Origin: Trichoplax adhaerens
Lineage: Eukaryota > Animalia > Placozoa
Assembly (NCBI RefSeq): GCF_000150275.1
Contig: NW_002060943.1
Location: 9,766,209 to 9,830,208 of the forward strand
Direction: 5' to 3'
Length of the DNA: 64,000 bases
A program made the position numbers and the translations under genes. Positions 1 to 13,879 of the stretch are shown here, piece after piece. Numbering within the stretch: position 1 is the first letter of the stretch; each line of letters opens with the position of its first letter. A model generated the notes under the pieces. It ran no database searches and was not told where the DNA came from. It was given only the letters and a program-made list of their open reading frames with translations.

Positions 1-3000
1 AGTTTTACCTACCGTCTAGTTTAATTTTTAGTTGTTTTCGCACTAAAGCAAAGATCGTAGCATTGAATTTGACGTTGTTATCAGTCCCAAGAGGCATGTG
101 CATACCCATTAAATTCTGAAATAAGAAGCTATTAAAATATCTTTTCTCTATTAAGGAAATTTTCTAGTGTTGCTAACCCTATATGCAGTAGAGTCCGGAC
201 ATAACTTGCCGAGGCCTAACGGAGGAGAAATTCTTCTAAGCAACTTCACCATGTCGTCAAATTTAATTCGACCTCTAAATTATATAAGTCAAGTTGATAA
301 AGCTTCAATTAGTTTGCACGCTTCACTGATAATGCATATGGTAATTGCGTAAAATTTTGACAGCATTCGAAAAGATACACTTAAATTCAGACTAAAGTAT
401 CTATTGTCTAGTCATTCTTTGTTGTGATACGAATGATATTCTTACACCTACCAGTCGCATCTTATACCGTGTACCAAGTATATTGTAACAGTCTTGAACT
501 AAACTAAACTGTTATCAGCAGACTATCAAATCTCATTCAGATTAAAATCAGGGACTTTAATATTTATCAGATCTACCTAACCTCAATTTCATCAACTAGT
601 TACAGTAAAAGCTGTATTAGCTATTAGCTATTAGCTGTCATAATTATTAAACCGAAATAATGTATGAATCAAAATGGATCCCAAGCTAAGTAATATTGAC
701 AACAGATTCTAGGATAATACATACAAGCATTCACTTCATTAAGCTCTACATGATATTATATTTCTACGTTGCATTAAAGGCGGGTAAGTCGGATCCGACT
801 TATCTTGCATTAATGGCACTATCGCACTAATAGCGGGTTTTAAGTCAGATTCTGATTAATGCGGGTGTACTAACAGCATTTAAAACGGGTAAATCAGACT
901 GTGACTTATCTTGCGCCTAGTATCTTATAAAATTAGGAGAGGTTCACCTTTAAGGCTTTTTGTGACAGAAACAAGTGAAAGTATAAAATTGGAAAATATG
1001 CTGAATACAGTAACCACGAGCTAAAATTATGAGTCCAAAACATGGTCAAGATCTACTTTAGAAACTGCTATCTACAGTATTCCCATATTTACAAATTTTT
1101 CATTTCATACAACCGTAATCGTTATGAGAAACTTTTAAGTTGTTATATCATCTCATTGTTATACTCCATAGACAATGAAATGTAGAAGACCTTCAGAGCA
1201 TGTGCATATTTACGTTTGAATTCAACTTATAGCAGCATAACGAATAACGTTATTAAAGTCTATATACGTAATGCATGTATACTAGTTATGGAATAACTGA
1301 TTGTGATATATATATCCGTATACATATGAATAGTTAACACGCAGTTCTACCACCATATTAAGACATCAAGATACAGCACTGAAGCCTAACATGGTATTAA
1401 ATAGATCAATACAGTATGTGCTTACACCCAGCGTATATACTGTAAGCTGTGTAAAAATTAACATACAGCTGTGAGTTGGATAGTACTTTCATGCTTATTA
1501 CTATTTTAAGTATACATACGTAGCTTCAGGATCAAAAAAGGACCACGCTTGCACAAATTCGTCGAGATGATGAGGGCCAAGAATTGAAATATCTCTCGTC
1601 AGGTAATCGAAGTTATCCATAATAACGGCTACAAATAGGTTTATTACCTATAAGAATATCACAACGTTTTACGAACATTTTGTCTATAATATCAATCACA
1701 TCGAAAATTCTTAAATCAAGCCTTTGCCAAAATGAGCTTACCAAAAATGATGAAAGGACGTAAAATGAAGAAAAATATAAATAACTAATGTTGCTGCCAC
1801 ATGAATTTTCACTGCACCCATTACCGGTCCTCCAAGTGCAACTAAGTGTAATTAGTTGCCAGTTTTCACCAGTAGCGCAGCTATATCAACAGAAAAGTCA
1901 AGGAAGCTAGTCATTTATATTTAAAGAATCGATTTTCATACGTTTACAGAATCATCTCCGCTGTAAAACGAGCAGCGCACAATTAATGCACGGATTACTG
2001 AAGAAATTATCTTTACGTACCGAAACAGCACCAGTACTGAACTGAAGAACGAATGAAAGTTATTATATTCTGTTATTGCCGACCCAGGTGAAGTCAAAAC
2101 AGTTCCGAATAACTAGCGAGTGCAACGATCATTATTTAAATCATGGTTTTCTATTCATACAACAAACATAGGTTGATAAAGTCAATTAATCACTACTATA
2201 GTAATCCAACCTGCATCCCAATCACAGCATAAATGAAGAAAACGAAAACGATCAGCAAACCAACATACGGCAAGGCCTAATTAAGAATACATTCACATCA
2301 CATCAATTACTAGAATGATCAAATAAACGTTATTTATTCGCTGCTAGAATCACCCTAATAAAAACATTGGGAAACCAGTTTCTTAACCAACATTAGGGTA
2401 AGAGTCAATATAATAAAGTATCTCACCTGAAAGGATTTCATAAATGTCCACAGTAAGGTGCGCATTCCACCTCCTCGACTTAGTAATTTCACCAAACGCA
2501 TTGCACGAAATAATCGAAAAAAGTTGACACTGAAATCTACAGTTACATTGGAACTATCCTATCGTAAAAGTAATTTAATTAATTCAATTAGCTTATGCCA
2601 ATGATTTGTATTTATAAGTAAAGAAAAACCTATCGAGAATCAAGAAATACTATCACTGCAAGATCTTATACCTCGAGAATCAAGAAATACCATCACTACA
2701 AGATCTTATACTGTAATTTTTAACACTAATTCAATTCCTACCTTGTATATTTCGGATATTACAATATCTATTATGCTTCCGACAACAATAACAAAATCGA
2801 AAACATTCCACTTATCGCGAAAATAATTCTATAGAAAGTGAAAAATATTTAGAGATCCTGATGTGGAATTACAAAAATATCAAGCTACACAAGTGCATTG
2901 ATTCTATCAAACCTGTGGTTTAAAAGCTACTATTTTCAATATCGCTTCTAAACCAAACAGGACAGTAAATCCAATATTCAGATATTCTAATACGTCATTA

Positions 3001-6000
3001 TAAACTCTAGAAGGCCTATAAACCTATTTATTCATAACAGATCATTTGAAATTAGCAATTATGGTCATCAATTAGTTTTGATCACGGAATACATCTATTT
3101 TCAATGTTTGATTATTACCTGCATCATTAATGTCATTGTGTTTAAAGTTATAAGGCCAAATATAGTATATTCAAATCCTAGGGAAGTAGCTAACTTCCAA
3201 ACCGCCAACTGCAGCTTATTTTTGGGTATATATCTTTTTTGGGGCTTTGTTTTTAACGCAAATTCGATACAATTTCGCTTTAAAAAATGAAATAAAACGC
3301 TAAATTGGATTTGACTACATTTTAGTATGTCAATAATGCTTGTAATGCTTATACTATATCTCTGTAGTCATAAACTCCGGCATAACTATATGGATTATAA
3401 TCTATCAATAAAAGCGCTTCAACTAAATATTACTTGATTCTTGTCCAGATCGCAGTTTCTATACTCTTGTTCGCCTTCAGTTTGAAAAGTTACAATAACG
3501 AAGCCAACAAATATGTTTACCATAAAGAATGCTACAATAATTATGTAAATTACGAAGTAGATCGCTACGAGGGGTTGGTGATTTCTACTAGGTCCTCGGC
3601 CAGCTTCCGTTGCATCAATTGCACGATATAGGATACTAAATATACATTTAGAATGTACCTTAAAGGTCAATTTCGATTTTCAACTTGATAACAGAACTAA
3701 ATCTCGAGAATTCTTAATTTTACAGCACAAATTACAAGCCTGACATTATCTTATGAATGCTAAATTAAAAAATCGGAGAATACCGTATGTCATTAGTATA
3801 CCTGGGCCATCCTTCGAACGTTGTAATCGTAAATAGAGTCATCATCGCGTTAGGAACATTATCAAAATTGAAAGAAGATTCTTTCCATATACGTGGTTCA
3901 ACCTCAAAATATAATGAAAAGTTTGATAAAACTTCAATGAAGTTGCATAAGTACGTACTGCTCGAGGAAACACAAGAAAGTAACAATAGCACATTCATTG
4001 AAAAGCTATGCTAAGTCTATTTATCGTAGCATGGAACTGAATAAGATTAACAACGATACTTGCTATATTTGAAAAGAAGTCAACAAATACTTTATCCCTT
4101 AACTTCAACAGCTGAATCAATTTTAATCAAAGGCAGCGTTTATCACAGCGACGTCGATAAATACTTATTTAATTAATCGCAAGCTAGAAATCTTAAAGAA
4201 AGCGTTTACCTATGCAACTAAAGCTAATCTGAAAATACAGTTACAACTACAGTAATGAAAGACTTCTGCTACATCTTTACCTACTATTAAATGCGGCACC
4301 AGCGATTATAAAATGGTGAACTATATTTAGCTATCGATTACAACGCTAAATTTACCGTACAACACTGATTGTACAATACTTCGATGTCGGACGCTCAGCA
4401 AGATGATAGTAATCAGAAAGTTAAACAAAACGAATACTGCCCTTTAAGTATAAGTACAGATAAACGACCTTTCCGATATGATGTAATTAATGAACATAAA
4501 TACTTCAATATTATTAAAAAATTTTTCCTAAAGAGATCAGATTACAAGAGCTGTTTCCTCCTTATCTATAAATAAATTCTGCTTGTTCCTGCGTACATTA
4601 GTCTATAAATATTAAAATATGACTGTGTGGCCACGAATTCAAGGCATAAAAGTTACTAGTTTCTCGCACTGCTATGAAGAAAGTCTACTGTAAATGATTG
4701 CTGCACACAAGACAAATATGACAAATTTACAAAGGATACACATCTTTATAATTTACGATACCTGAGTACTAAATACTCGATTATTACCGCAGTATTCAGC
4801 GTAGTACTGTAGCTATTGTATCTTTACTAACAAGTTTAATGTTACGTACCATTGACAATCACCAAATATCACATAAAAATACGTTATAAATAAATATACT
4901 ACCGAACACTATAATACAGGATCAGTAATGCATAACTTTCAAATATAAATTGTTTACAGGAATTGACAAGCACGGTCTTCAAACAAAAATATAATCAAAA
5001 AAATTTTTAAAACCGAAGACATAGAGCTTAATGAGTATATAAAATCGTAAAATTTGAACCGCTAATTACACAAGCTACCTGCAAATAGTTTAAATCTCCC
5101 GTCGGATAATTATAGTAAGATCCCCTAATGACAAAATATTGTTGAATACCGTGAATAAAAATTACTAGGTATACAAATTCTATAACTAGTAAATGAAACA
5201 ATGACTCTAACGACAACAGAACTTAGCCCTAACTTGCATGTGCTATTATCCATTTTAGATGCATCTGTACAAAAATAAAATCTTCCCTATTGTAGCAAAA
5301 TGTGTTGACGTTAAACAATTGATAACAAGTAGAGATATCTTTCTTTAGAATTCACTTACTTTAAATAACTGGACTCCTATTACAGCGAACATGAATACCA
5401 ATAACAATGTAACAAGCATGATACTCCAGATGGTTTTTATTGCTACAAAAACGCACTGAACGACATGCTATCATAATAGAAAATTACAAATACCACTTTA
5501 TTCACATCGTAGACGACAGTAATACAATTAAGAATTAGCCAAAGATAACAAACCTTCAATCCACGCGCTCGATTTAATGCCCTTAAGGGTCTCAATACTC
5601 GAAGGACACGGAGTACTTTTAGCTGTTTCAAATTCTCTTCACTTTAATATAAATGTACGCGTATATAAACATTCACCGTTTCAATAATCAGTAGCTCATC
5701 AAATATAACATTATAAACATTTAATTTACTTACGCAATTGTATAATCTGCAATAGATACAGCTATAACGATCATATCAAGGATATTAAATATGTTTCGAA
5801 AATACGATCCTTCGTGCATTATTACCCCAAATGCAATCATCTATAATTTGAAACGTAGTTAAAATTGTTTAAAATATCGTATCATTGATTTATTAATTTA
5901 ATGAATACCGACGCAACAATAGGTAAAACAATATTCTGTTCTATAGTAGATCTTCCAAAATGAAAACTTACTTTCATTGCCGCCTCAACACAGAATATTG

Positions 6001-9000
6001 CTGTAAAGGTTTTATCGCAGTAACTCAGAACCTAGACAAATATATTAAGACATTCTTTTCAAATTACGTAATTGATTTTAACTCAAAAAAGTTACCGTGG
6101 AAATCATACACGCCTAACCTGATTTCGAATTTTATCTTTCCCTAAGGGATCTTCAGCAGCTAGAGTTATGCTGCTCAATATTATAATTATTAGTATAATA
6201 TTAGAAAAGTAAAGATTGGTGACGAAATCGAAAATCTTGCAACGAAATCTAAAACAGCAAAGAAATATACAGCACTTCATTTCTTCTCATGAAAAGTGAA
6301 ACGATTGAATACCTGTATTATATATAATACGACATAATACTTTAAGATAGTTTCCTATTGAATTTGTCGTAAGTCATCTAACCTATTTGTGGATTTAAAA
6401 AGAAACATTGACGTAGCTTTTGGTATTGGCACAATAACTCGATCAGGAATCTTTTTCCAATTGATTTGTGTAGTATTGGTTCGAAAAGAGGCATCTAAAC
6501 GAGGTCTAGCTGGCTCTTCAGCTGAAAGATTTACAAAACATAGATAATCATGTTACTGATGCGATACTGAAGTCTATAGCAAATTTTTTTGTTGCAATTC
6601 ACAATATCACGATACAAGAACAATGCAACGGGAAACTACACTATAACTTCAAAAAATTTAACTGGTTTACATTTGCAAAATGCAAAATAGCCCGTAATTA
6701 TAAATTTTCCGCTATGTGCTGCTTGAATCTACTTACTACAGTCACTGTTCGAATCTAGTTCTTCAACTCGAGACAGTTCAGATTCCTGACAACCACATCA
6801 AAAAATATTACTGTATATGTACTAAAATCAAAAATTTATGAGCCCAAAGTCACTTCAATTAAGTTCTTACTGTCTCGCTAAAAACAGCCATTTTGTATAC
6901 AGGATTCGAAAAATCATTTTCCAGATCTCCCTCGTACATAACTTTAGATAATTTCTGTATATCATCCTTGAGTAAAGAAATTAAGTGAGCACATACGTTA
7001 ACTGGAGCCATCCATCAAGGTGGCGCAGATACTTAAATAGTGAAACTTTAACCAGACTGTGACTACTTCATATACAGTAAAATTCCCAAGAACTTACCGG
7101 ATTTTCCTCGGAAGAAACATTTTCTACGGCGGAACTAAACATAGATAAAGATAAATATCAAAACACTGTAAAGCCAAAGGAAAATCTTTGGTATTCGCTA
7201 GCATTTTATTAATCAATTTACTAACCCAATACTAATATTACCATAACGCAAAGACTGTACAGGTGTCTGCAGCTTCTGTAACCTCTGCTCTTTCGCCATT
7301 TTCCTCTTTGCATTTCTCCTTTCATTTATCTCAGTCAAACTCTCAGCATTCGCTAGATTATCCACCGCAATAGCAAGAAAAACATTCAAGAGAATGTCTG
7401 TATTTCAATCATCTTCAGTTAAGGATAAATCAGTTTACACCAGAACATACAAACGGCTATTAAATTTGTACAACCATGTTAAATCGAAGTACAGCACCTA
7501 AAGATACAGTTCCCTACTACAACTAAGATAATAAAATAAAATACAGCTAAAATGCCAAATCTGTCGATTCCGTCCAAAGCTTTTATGCCGTTATACATAA
7601 TCTCATTCCAGTCTTCCCCAGTAAGAATCTAAATGATTAAAGGAATTAGTCACCAACAGAACATCTACTAAAACATAACTCTCGTCATATAACTCTCTCA
7701 AGCAAAGAAATACCTGAAATACGGTTAGCAATGATTGCCAAAATGAATCAAAGTTACTACGTGGAATAGACTTGTTAAAATTAAACCTATTTCAAATACC
7801 CAAAATCAATATCGGTAACCATGACATCCTATGGTATACAGATTGATTACTATCATACACAAACACACCTTCCCCCAAAAATTTGCATTCCTAATAATGC
7901 AAAAATTAAAACGAAGAGAAACAGCAGCAGTAGAAGGCTAGCAATTGAGCGCATACTATTTAAGAGTGATGCAACTAAATTACGAAGTGTGTTCCAATAT
8001 CTATAGATAATAAATACATCATCTCAAATATTAGTCAAAAATCTCACCGAGAACAGCTTTTAATCAGACTACTGTCAAACTTACCTAGTTATTTTAAATA
8101 TTCTAAGTAATCGAACACAACGCAGAACGCTTAAACCAAGAGCAGCAGCTCCTCCAATTATAGCAATAAAAATTAATTCGATTATACTAACAAGAACAAC
8201 CTGAAAAAGTCCATAAACACACGGATAGGTTTAACTTTGGAACACGTTGAGTAACTAATTACAATTGAGATATATCTAAGCATATAAGATTTTATAAACC
8301 AAAGAAAGAGAGCTTTGTCTTACCAGAAAGTCAAATCTGTTAAATAAAGACATAAAATATCCTTCAATTCCTAAAGCATACATCTTAATGGACATTTCAA
8401 TCGTGAAAAGGCCCACAAACACAGAATTGGTAATCGCTGTAACCGATTACAAATAGTTAGTACTCTTTGATATTTAATAAACAAGATCTCAAACAAAATT
8501 GTAGCACTAGCCCTGTAAAATATGCGTATAGCAATATGTAAACCCCCTACAATGTCAACTTTGTTAACACAACCTACATAAAAACTGCGTGACCACCCTT
8601 TGCTGTTCATAATGTTCCACAGCCAAGCATATAGTATTTAATAGCACAGCCAGAATAACCAGCCAGTAGAACGTTTGACTTTTGACTACAAGACGACAGT
8701 ATCTCCTAGACCTTTTGTGCCATCTCTTCAGCTGATGCCTAAATACAAGTGAGAATTTAACTTTCTGATCCCAACGCCAATACATAAGAAAGCGACTGTA
8801 CATGATAATGTATCACTAATATATGTCACACATACGCGTATATACCTAAATCGAAAACAGTAAACTTTCTTTTCCTCGACAGCAGATCCTTGGCTGCCAT
8901 GTTCGACGTCATCAAATCTAACTCCTTCCGCTGGTAGGTTGATGTCAATCGTGGTGCAATGTCCAAACGAATTCGCCAAAAAAGTGATATACCAACAATT

Positions 9001-12000
9001 AAAGTTTAAATTTAAAAATATAATATAGAAATTTTGGGTACCTGCAACTTGCTGTTCCATATCAACTTGTAAGTCATCCACATCAACTTCTAAGTCCTCG
9101 GCTTTACCTATCCATTCCAAATATCCCCTATAATCTTCCTCAATTTGGCGTTTTTCTCGTAATTTCTTGAAATCTCCCGAAACTCTTGCTTTTTCCCGCT
9201 CCTTAGAAAACTCACTATATAATAATAACGAAAGACATTTAGACAGTACATCGAACAGAAATCACTTATTCTTTACAGCTATTATTATCAAGTCTAATAG
9301 TGTATAATGTACATGTACAGCATTGTACTGACTCTTTATATTCTAAAGACAATAACCCACCCGCTAAGGACACCGAGAACTAAATTCAGCACAAAAAATG
9401 AGCCTAAAATAATAAGCGTAACGAAATAAATCCAAGGCCATTCACTACCCACTGCATCATTTATCTGTAAATATAAGAGCACATACAAATGAACGTTGTA
9501 CAAATATAAAAGACATTAAAATATTATTCAAAGCCTAATCTTCATATAATGATCATTGTAAGCACTAATATACAGTATTTCTATACATTAAATCCAAAAT
9601 CTATGTGATAGTTCCTATTTGAATCAAAGGAATAGCGTACACTATACATAATATTAGTCCATCCTTCCATAGTTATACATTGGAAAACGGTCAACATAGA
9701 GAGGCCAATGTTGTCAAAGCTAGTTATTCCCGCATTGGGTCCAGTCCAATTGCGCAAACAGACATATCCAGACTTGCAGTGGTGGGCAGACTCAAAGGAT
9801 TCCGAAGCAGCGCATGGACGAGGATCATTAATTAGCTTTTCTGATTACAGAATAGATGCAGTTAATTAACTACAATAAACCTATCAAAACATATTAATAT
9901 CATAATAACGAAAATAGTTGTGCACGCAATCGATCGGTATTAATTCTGTGTAACCAAAAGGTTAAAGTTACAGATTACAATATAACTGCAACGTCTTGAA
10001 GTCCGATTTACTAATTAGCCTTCACGGTTTCGTGCACCCAATATTAGCGAGTATAACCTAGGCGAGAGTCTGCTTACTGCAACGTACAAGTATGTATTCC
10101 TTATAACTTGAACTGAGGGCCACCAAAATTTGTTAACTGAAACAACTAAATTACAGTATTTCCCATTTCGATTTCAAATACTATCACTTATCGGCGTCGA
10201 TACTAATTAGTACAAATCCATTACAACCGAATCATTTATCAAAGAATGTTTCATTCCATAGATAAATCACTTACAGTAAATAGAGTACAATACTATCGAC
10301 TGTTAGCTTACAGGCTTTCAATTAGATCTAGTGCTGCTTTCAAACAAAAATACCCTTAATTACGGTATATTTATATCAACATGTGAGAGCTTGTACTACC
10401 CAAGCAGTGTCTATTAGTTTCAATTTATTGTACAGTATATATACTGTATATATCTATCTGCCATAATCAATAATTCATTAACTATCTATAAATTCTTCAG
10501 TTTCAGCCATAAATTGCTACATAAAAATTTTTACAATATAACGTATACTTTGTTATTTACTTGTGATGTTGTGATAACATGCTCGATGCAGGACTCCGTT
10601 AAATAATTCTAAACCAATGGTTGCATAAATTATTATTACAAATACCACAAGCGCTGCAACATGAAATAGAGGGACCATGGCCTTCATAATAGCATTCATC
10701 ACTACCTGTAAACCTAAACATTGTTGATTGCAGAGCCGTTTAAGCGCGTTTTCTAAAAGGATTCTTCTCTCTAAATACATCTCTACTACACAATTTAAAT
10801 TTTCAAGGTTCATGGCCCTTGTTATGCTTACTAGGAACGCCTGACACCAATCTCAAAGGCCTTAAAACACGAAACGCTCTGAGAGCTCGCAAGACATCAA
10901 TATTTTGATTAGATGACGAAGTTGCAGTGAAGATGATATTTATGATACTACAGAATCAAATAGAAAACATTTGTACATACATGACCATTACATCCATACG
11001 AGTATTTTAGACTCATACTTCAAAAGTTAGGAACTTTTCAACATGATCTATAGCTTAAGTGTACTAACCCAACAATTACAATTATGAAATCTAATATATT
11101 CCATCCATTCCTTAGATAAGCTCCAGAAGGAATTGCAAAGCCATATGTGATTATTTTCAAGAAACTCTCGATAGTAAAAATTGCCAAAAATACGTATTCC
11201 ACCTTTTCCTTAAGAAAATATTGCGAAAGGGTACTAAATTGTAGGTATATTTCATTTGACAAAAATTACTGTTACATTTCGATATGAAATCAATTCTTTC
11301 TTCGCTTATGACATTCGAACGATCGTATTCGCCGCATACGTACTGTATATGCTGTACTGTACTTTATTACATTAGATTAACATGATCAAAAGGAATACTG
11401 TACTTCGCGTACGACCAGAAGGTCGTAAACGCGTTTTGTTACTAGTTGGCTACCGTTTCATTGCTTCATATACAGTACTGTACTGTACTGTATAGACGAT
11501 TTTTATCGTCAAAACATACTGTACTATTAATGATAGCTAGCGAAGACAAGTTTACGTCCGCAATAAATACAGTAATACGCATACCTTAATACAATAACAT
11601 ATTAACCATAAAGTATTTAAATTATAGTTCTATCTATTGAATAACCGAAGCTACTCACCATATTCTCATTCAGCAGCGTATTATCATTATTAGGTAAAGG
11701 CTGATACAGGGCCAGGGCAACGCAATTAGCAAAAATAGTGAATAGAATCAAGTATTCAAAGGCTGTAATAACGCCGAACGATGTTAAGAAAAACCTTAAA
11801 CTAGTAGATTGATTAGTACTGCACATAAGAGATAGTGATTTTTGTTAGAATTCGTAGTGAAGACTTCACTTGAAGATTCCAACGACTTCATATAATTAAT
11901 CAACAATGGTTGAATACTTCAGCGGATAAACCCTCACAAGCTACAGGTTACTAACAAGTGTAGAACCTTACATACTGTAGTAGCACTGTAAAAAAGTACC

Positions 12001-13710
12001 TTACAATAATACAACGATACGAGCACGCATTGCGATACGAAAGTGAGATTTAATAAAGTTGCTAGGAATATACTGCAATAAGAAGAAGCAGCGTATCAAA
12101 TGCGTGACATCTGACCGTCACTCGTATTACAGCTAAAACCCTACATGAATATAAGTCCTAAATTGAAGTTTAAAGCATTAACTCTACTTATACAGGTGAC
12201 ATTTATTACTACTTAAAGGATATTTTTTTTCCACAACCGTGGTAGCAAACTGTCTGATAGGATTATCGGTTTTCAAGAAAAATAGGACTCTAGCAGCTCG
12301 AGGAGTTAAAGCTCCTTGTTTCGCCTTGTAGTGTTGAATTCTTCCTTGAATTGCTCCTCGTCGTTTGGCTCTTGCTATAGCAGCTGTCTCAAGAAGCGTA
12401 CCAGCAACAGACGGAGACAATCGGTCTCGAATATCGCTCAGATCTAATGTGCTTTTGCCATCGTCTAAATGATAAACGTAATATCAGCATAAATGTACCA
12501 AACTACGGTGTACACGATAACGTCTTCCGGATATCAGAGACGAATCAGATAGGAGTATTGTACAGACTAACATTCAATCATCATTATAACTCCGCGCAGT
12601 TAACAATTAATGTTCGTGCGCACTACAAATTCTAAAAATATAAGAAATCATAACATAAATAAATAAATACTGAAAGGCCTCAATAACCTACAGAAACAGA
12701 ATCGGACGTCATCAAATCGAATATCTCTTCAAACGCGAAAATCAATAAAACAAATAGAGTTCATTACTTCAGTTATTACACTACTTACGATATGAAAGTT
12801 CAAACTGAACTGAAATGATTAGAAACTATAGTTCACATCAATTCCCTTCTGTACAGCGATAGTCCACAACACATTATTGAGTATTAAATCGGAAATCAGG
12901 GCTGTCAGATTTCAGAGAATCTTACCTTTACAGCTAACATATGATGCGAATGTATGCACAAGTAAGTATTACTACTTTAGGTTGCAGCAGAAAATTAATC
13001 CAAGTTCAATAAGCTGCACAATCACAGAAAAATCTACTCCGTACCGTTACATTCTTTAACTCCTGTAACACAGTCATGTGGCCATCTTTATAATCACGGT
13101 CACAAGCCTGTAATTTCCTAGCAGCAAACTACCAGAGCGATAGATCGCTGATACAGTTCAGAGAATTCTAGACATGACTTTCTCTCGAGATATACTGTAC
13201 AGTAATATATAATGATACTACGCATACTACAGTAATAGACATTCAAAACAAGGCCTTCGTAAAGTTAACTATTAATATTATATTAATGCACCTCGTAATT
13301 GTACGATCTTTTAAGTTAATTGACGCAGCAGTTCTAGTTGATGAAGTAAATTCTAATTAGTACGTCAAAATACAGTACTGTACAGATGGGAATGTCACTG
13401 AACTCGTACTACAACATTCAGTACTGTAGATAATTCTAAATGCGAAAGAAAAAACTAATATTCCACATAAACCGTTATAAAAACGTAAGACGAGTATTCA
13501 GATATCCATACATTGCTAGAAAATCGACAAAACTGTAAACTAATAACCGAGTCTTCTTCATACGGCATTTGCAAACAAACAAACAAATTATATATCATAA
13601 TGTCCCTTTGAAAAAAAGACGGAAATAAAAGTACGTATTTCATTTGGCACAATGAATCACTTTACGAAATTGCATAACAATTTACCTGTGCCTACTTTAT
13701 CATCAGCCAT
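1..13710 (-). CDS. Cav1: Voltage-gated L-type calcium channel alpha-1 subunit (Cav1), multi-exon; IQ domain and C-terminal tail lie beyond the left edge
   Basis: Exons cover all four repeats. IS1 [18 protein letters not shown]; [19 protein letters not shown] (closer to Cav1 than Cav2); AID-like [22 protein letters not shown]; IIIS4 [22 protein letters not shown]; pore loops TMEGW/TGEDW/TFEGW/TGENW (EEEE filter); EF-hand [22 protein letters not shown] putative first exon at 13686-13710 (MADDKVGT, phase 1) splices in frame to the exon starting at about 12464. Confidence 0.95.
771..915. repeat. Three degenerate copies of a palindromic motif in a Cav1 intron
   Basis: Perfect palindrome TAAGTCGGATCCGACTTA at 785-802. 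Variants TAAGTCAGATTCTGATTA (841) and TAAATCAGACTGTGACTTA (890). Each is preceded by CGGG(T). Confidence 0.75.
2633..2711. repeat. 40-bp tandem duplication in a Cav1 intron
   Basis: TCGAGAATCAAGAAATACYATCACTRCAAGATCTTATAC twice, with 2 mismatches. Confidence 0.9.
7398..7507 (-). other. U12-type GT-AG intron in Cav1 IIS6
   Basis: Donor GTATCTTT (one mismatch to RTATCCTT). Perfect U12 branch TCCTTAAC at 7425-7418, about 20 nt from the AG, with no polypyrimidine tract. Splicing restores [17 protein letters not shown]. Confidence 0.8.
11765..12223 (-). other. U12-type AT-AC intron in Cav1 just before IS1
   Basis: Donor ATATCCTTT at 12223, branch TTCTTAAC at 11790-11783, acceptor AC at 11766-11765. 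Splicing restores the frame VVEKK-AFEYLIL. Confidence 0.93.
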
Positions 13711-13879
13711 CGAGAAATGATAAAATTTTGCTCTACAAAACACGTACTGTGAATAAATAAACAAAAAATATAAATACTGGTACAGTAATAAACTCGCGAA
13801 AGACTTAATTTACTTGGTGCCTAAACGAAACATCGGCTATACTGTACAGTGCGTCTTTATTCCTTATTCTCGTATTGTG

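Noticed and set aside
443-480. DATGR-like peptide on the minus strand, suggesting an alternative EF-hand exon
   Set aside because: An in-frame stop precedes it and there is no HHLDEF-like similarity or clear acceptor.
4731-4739. GTATCCTTT on the minus strand, a perfect U12 donor-like motif
   Set aside because: It lies in the middle of a normal GT-AG Cav1 intron (about 3904-5078), with no adjoining exon or matching U12 acceptor.
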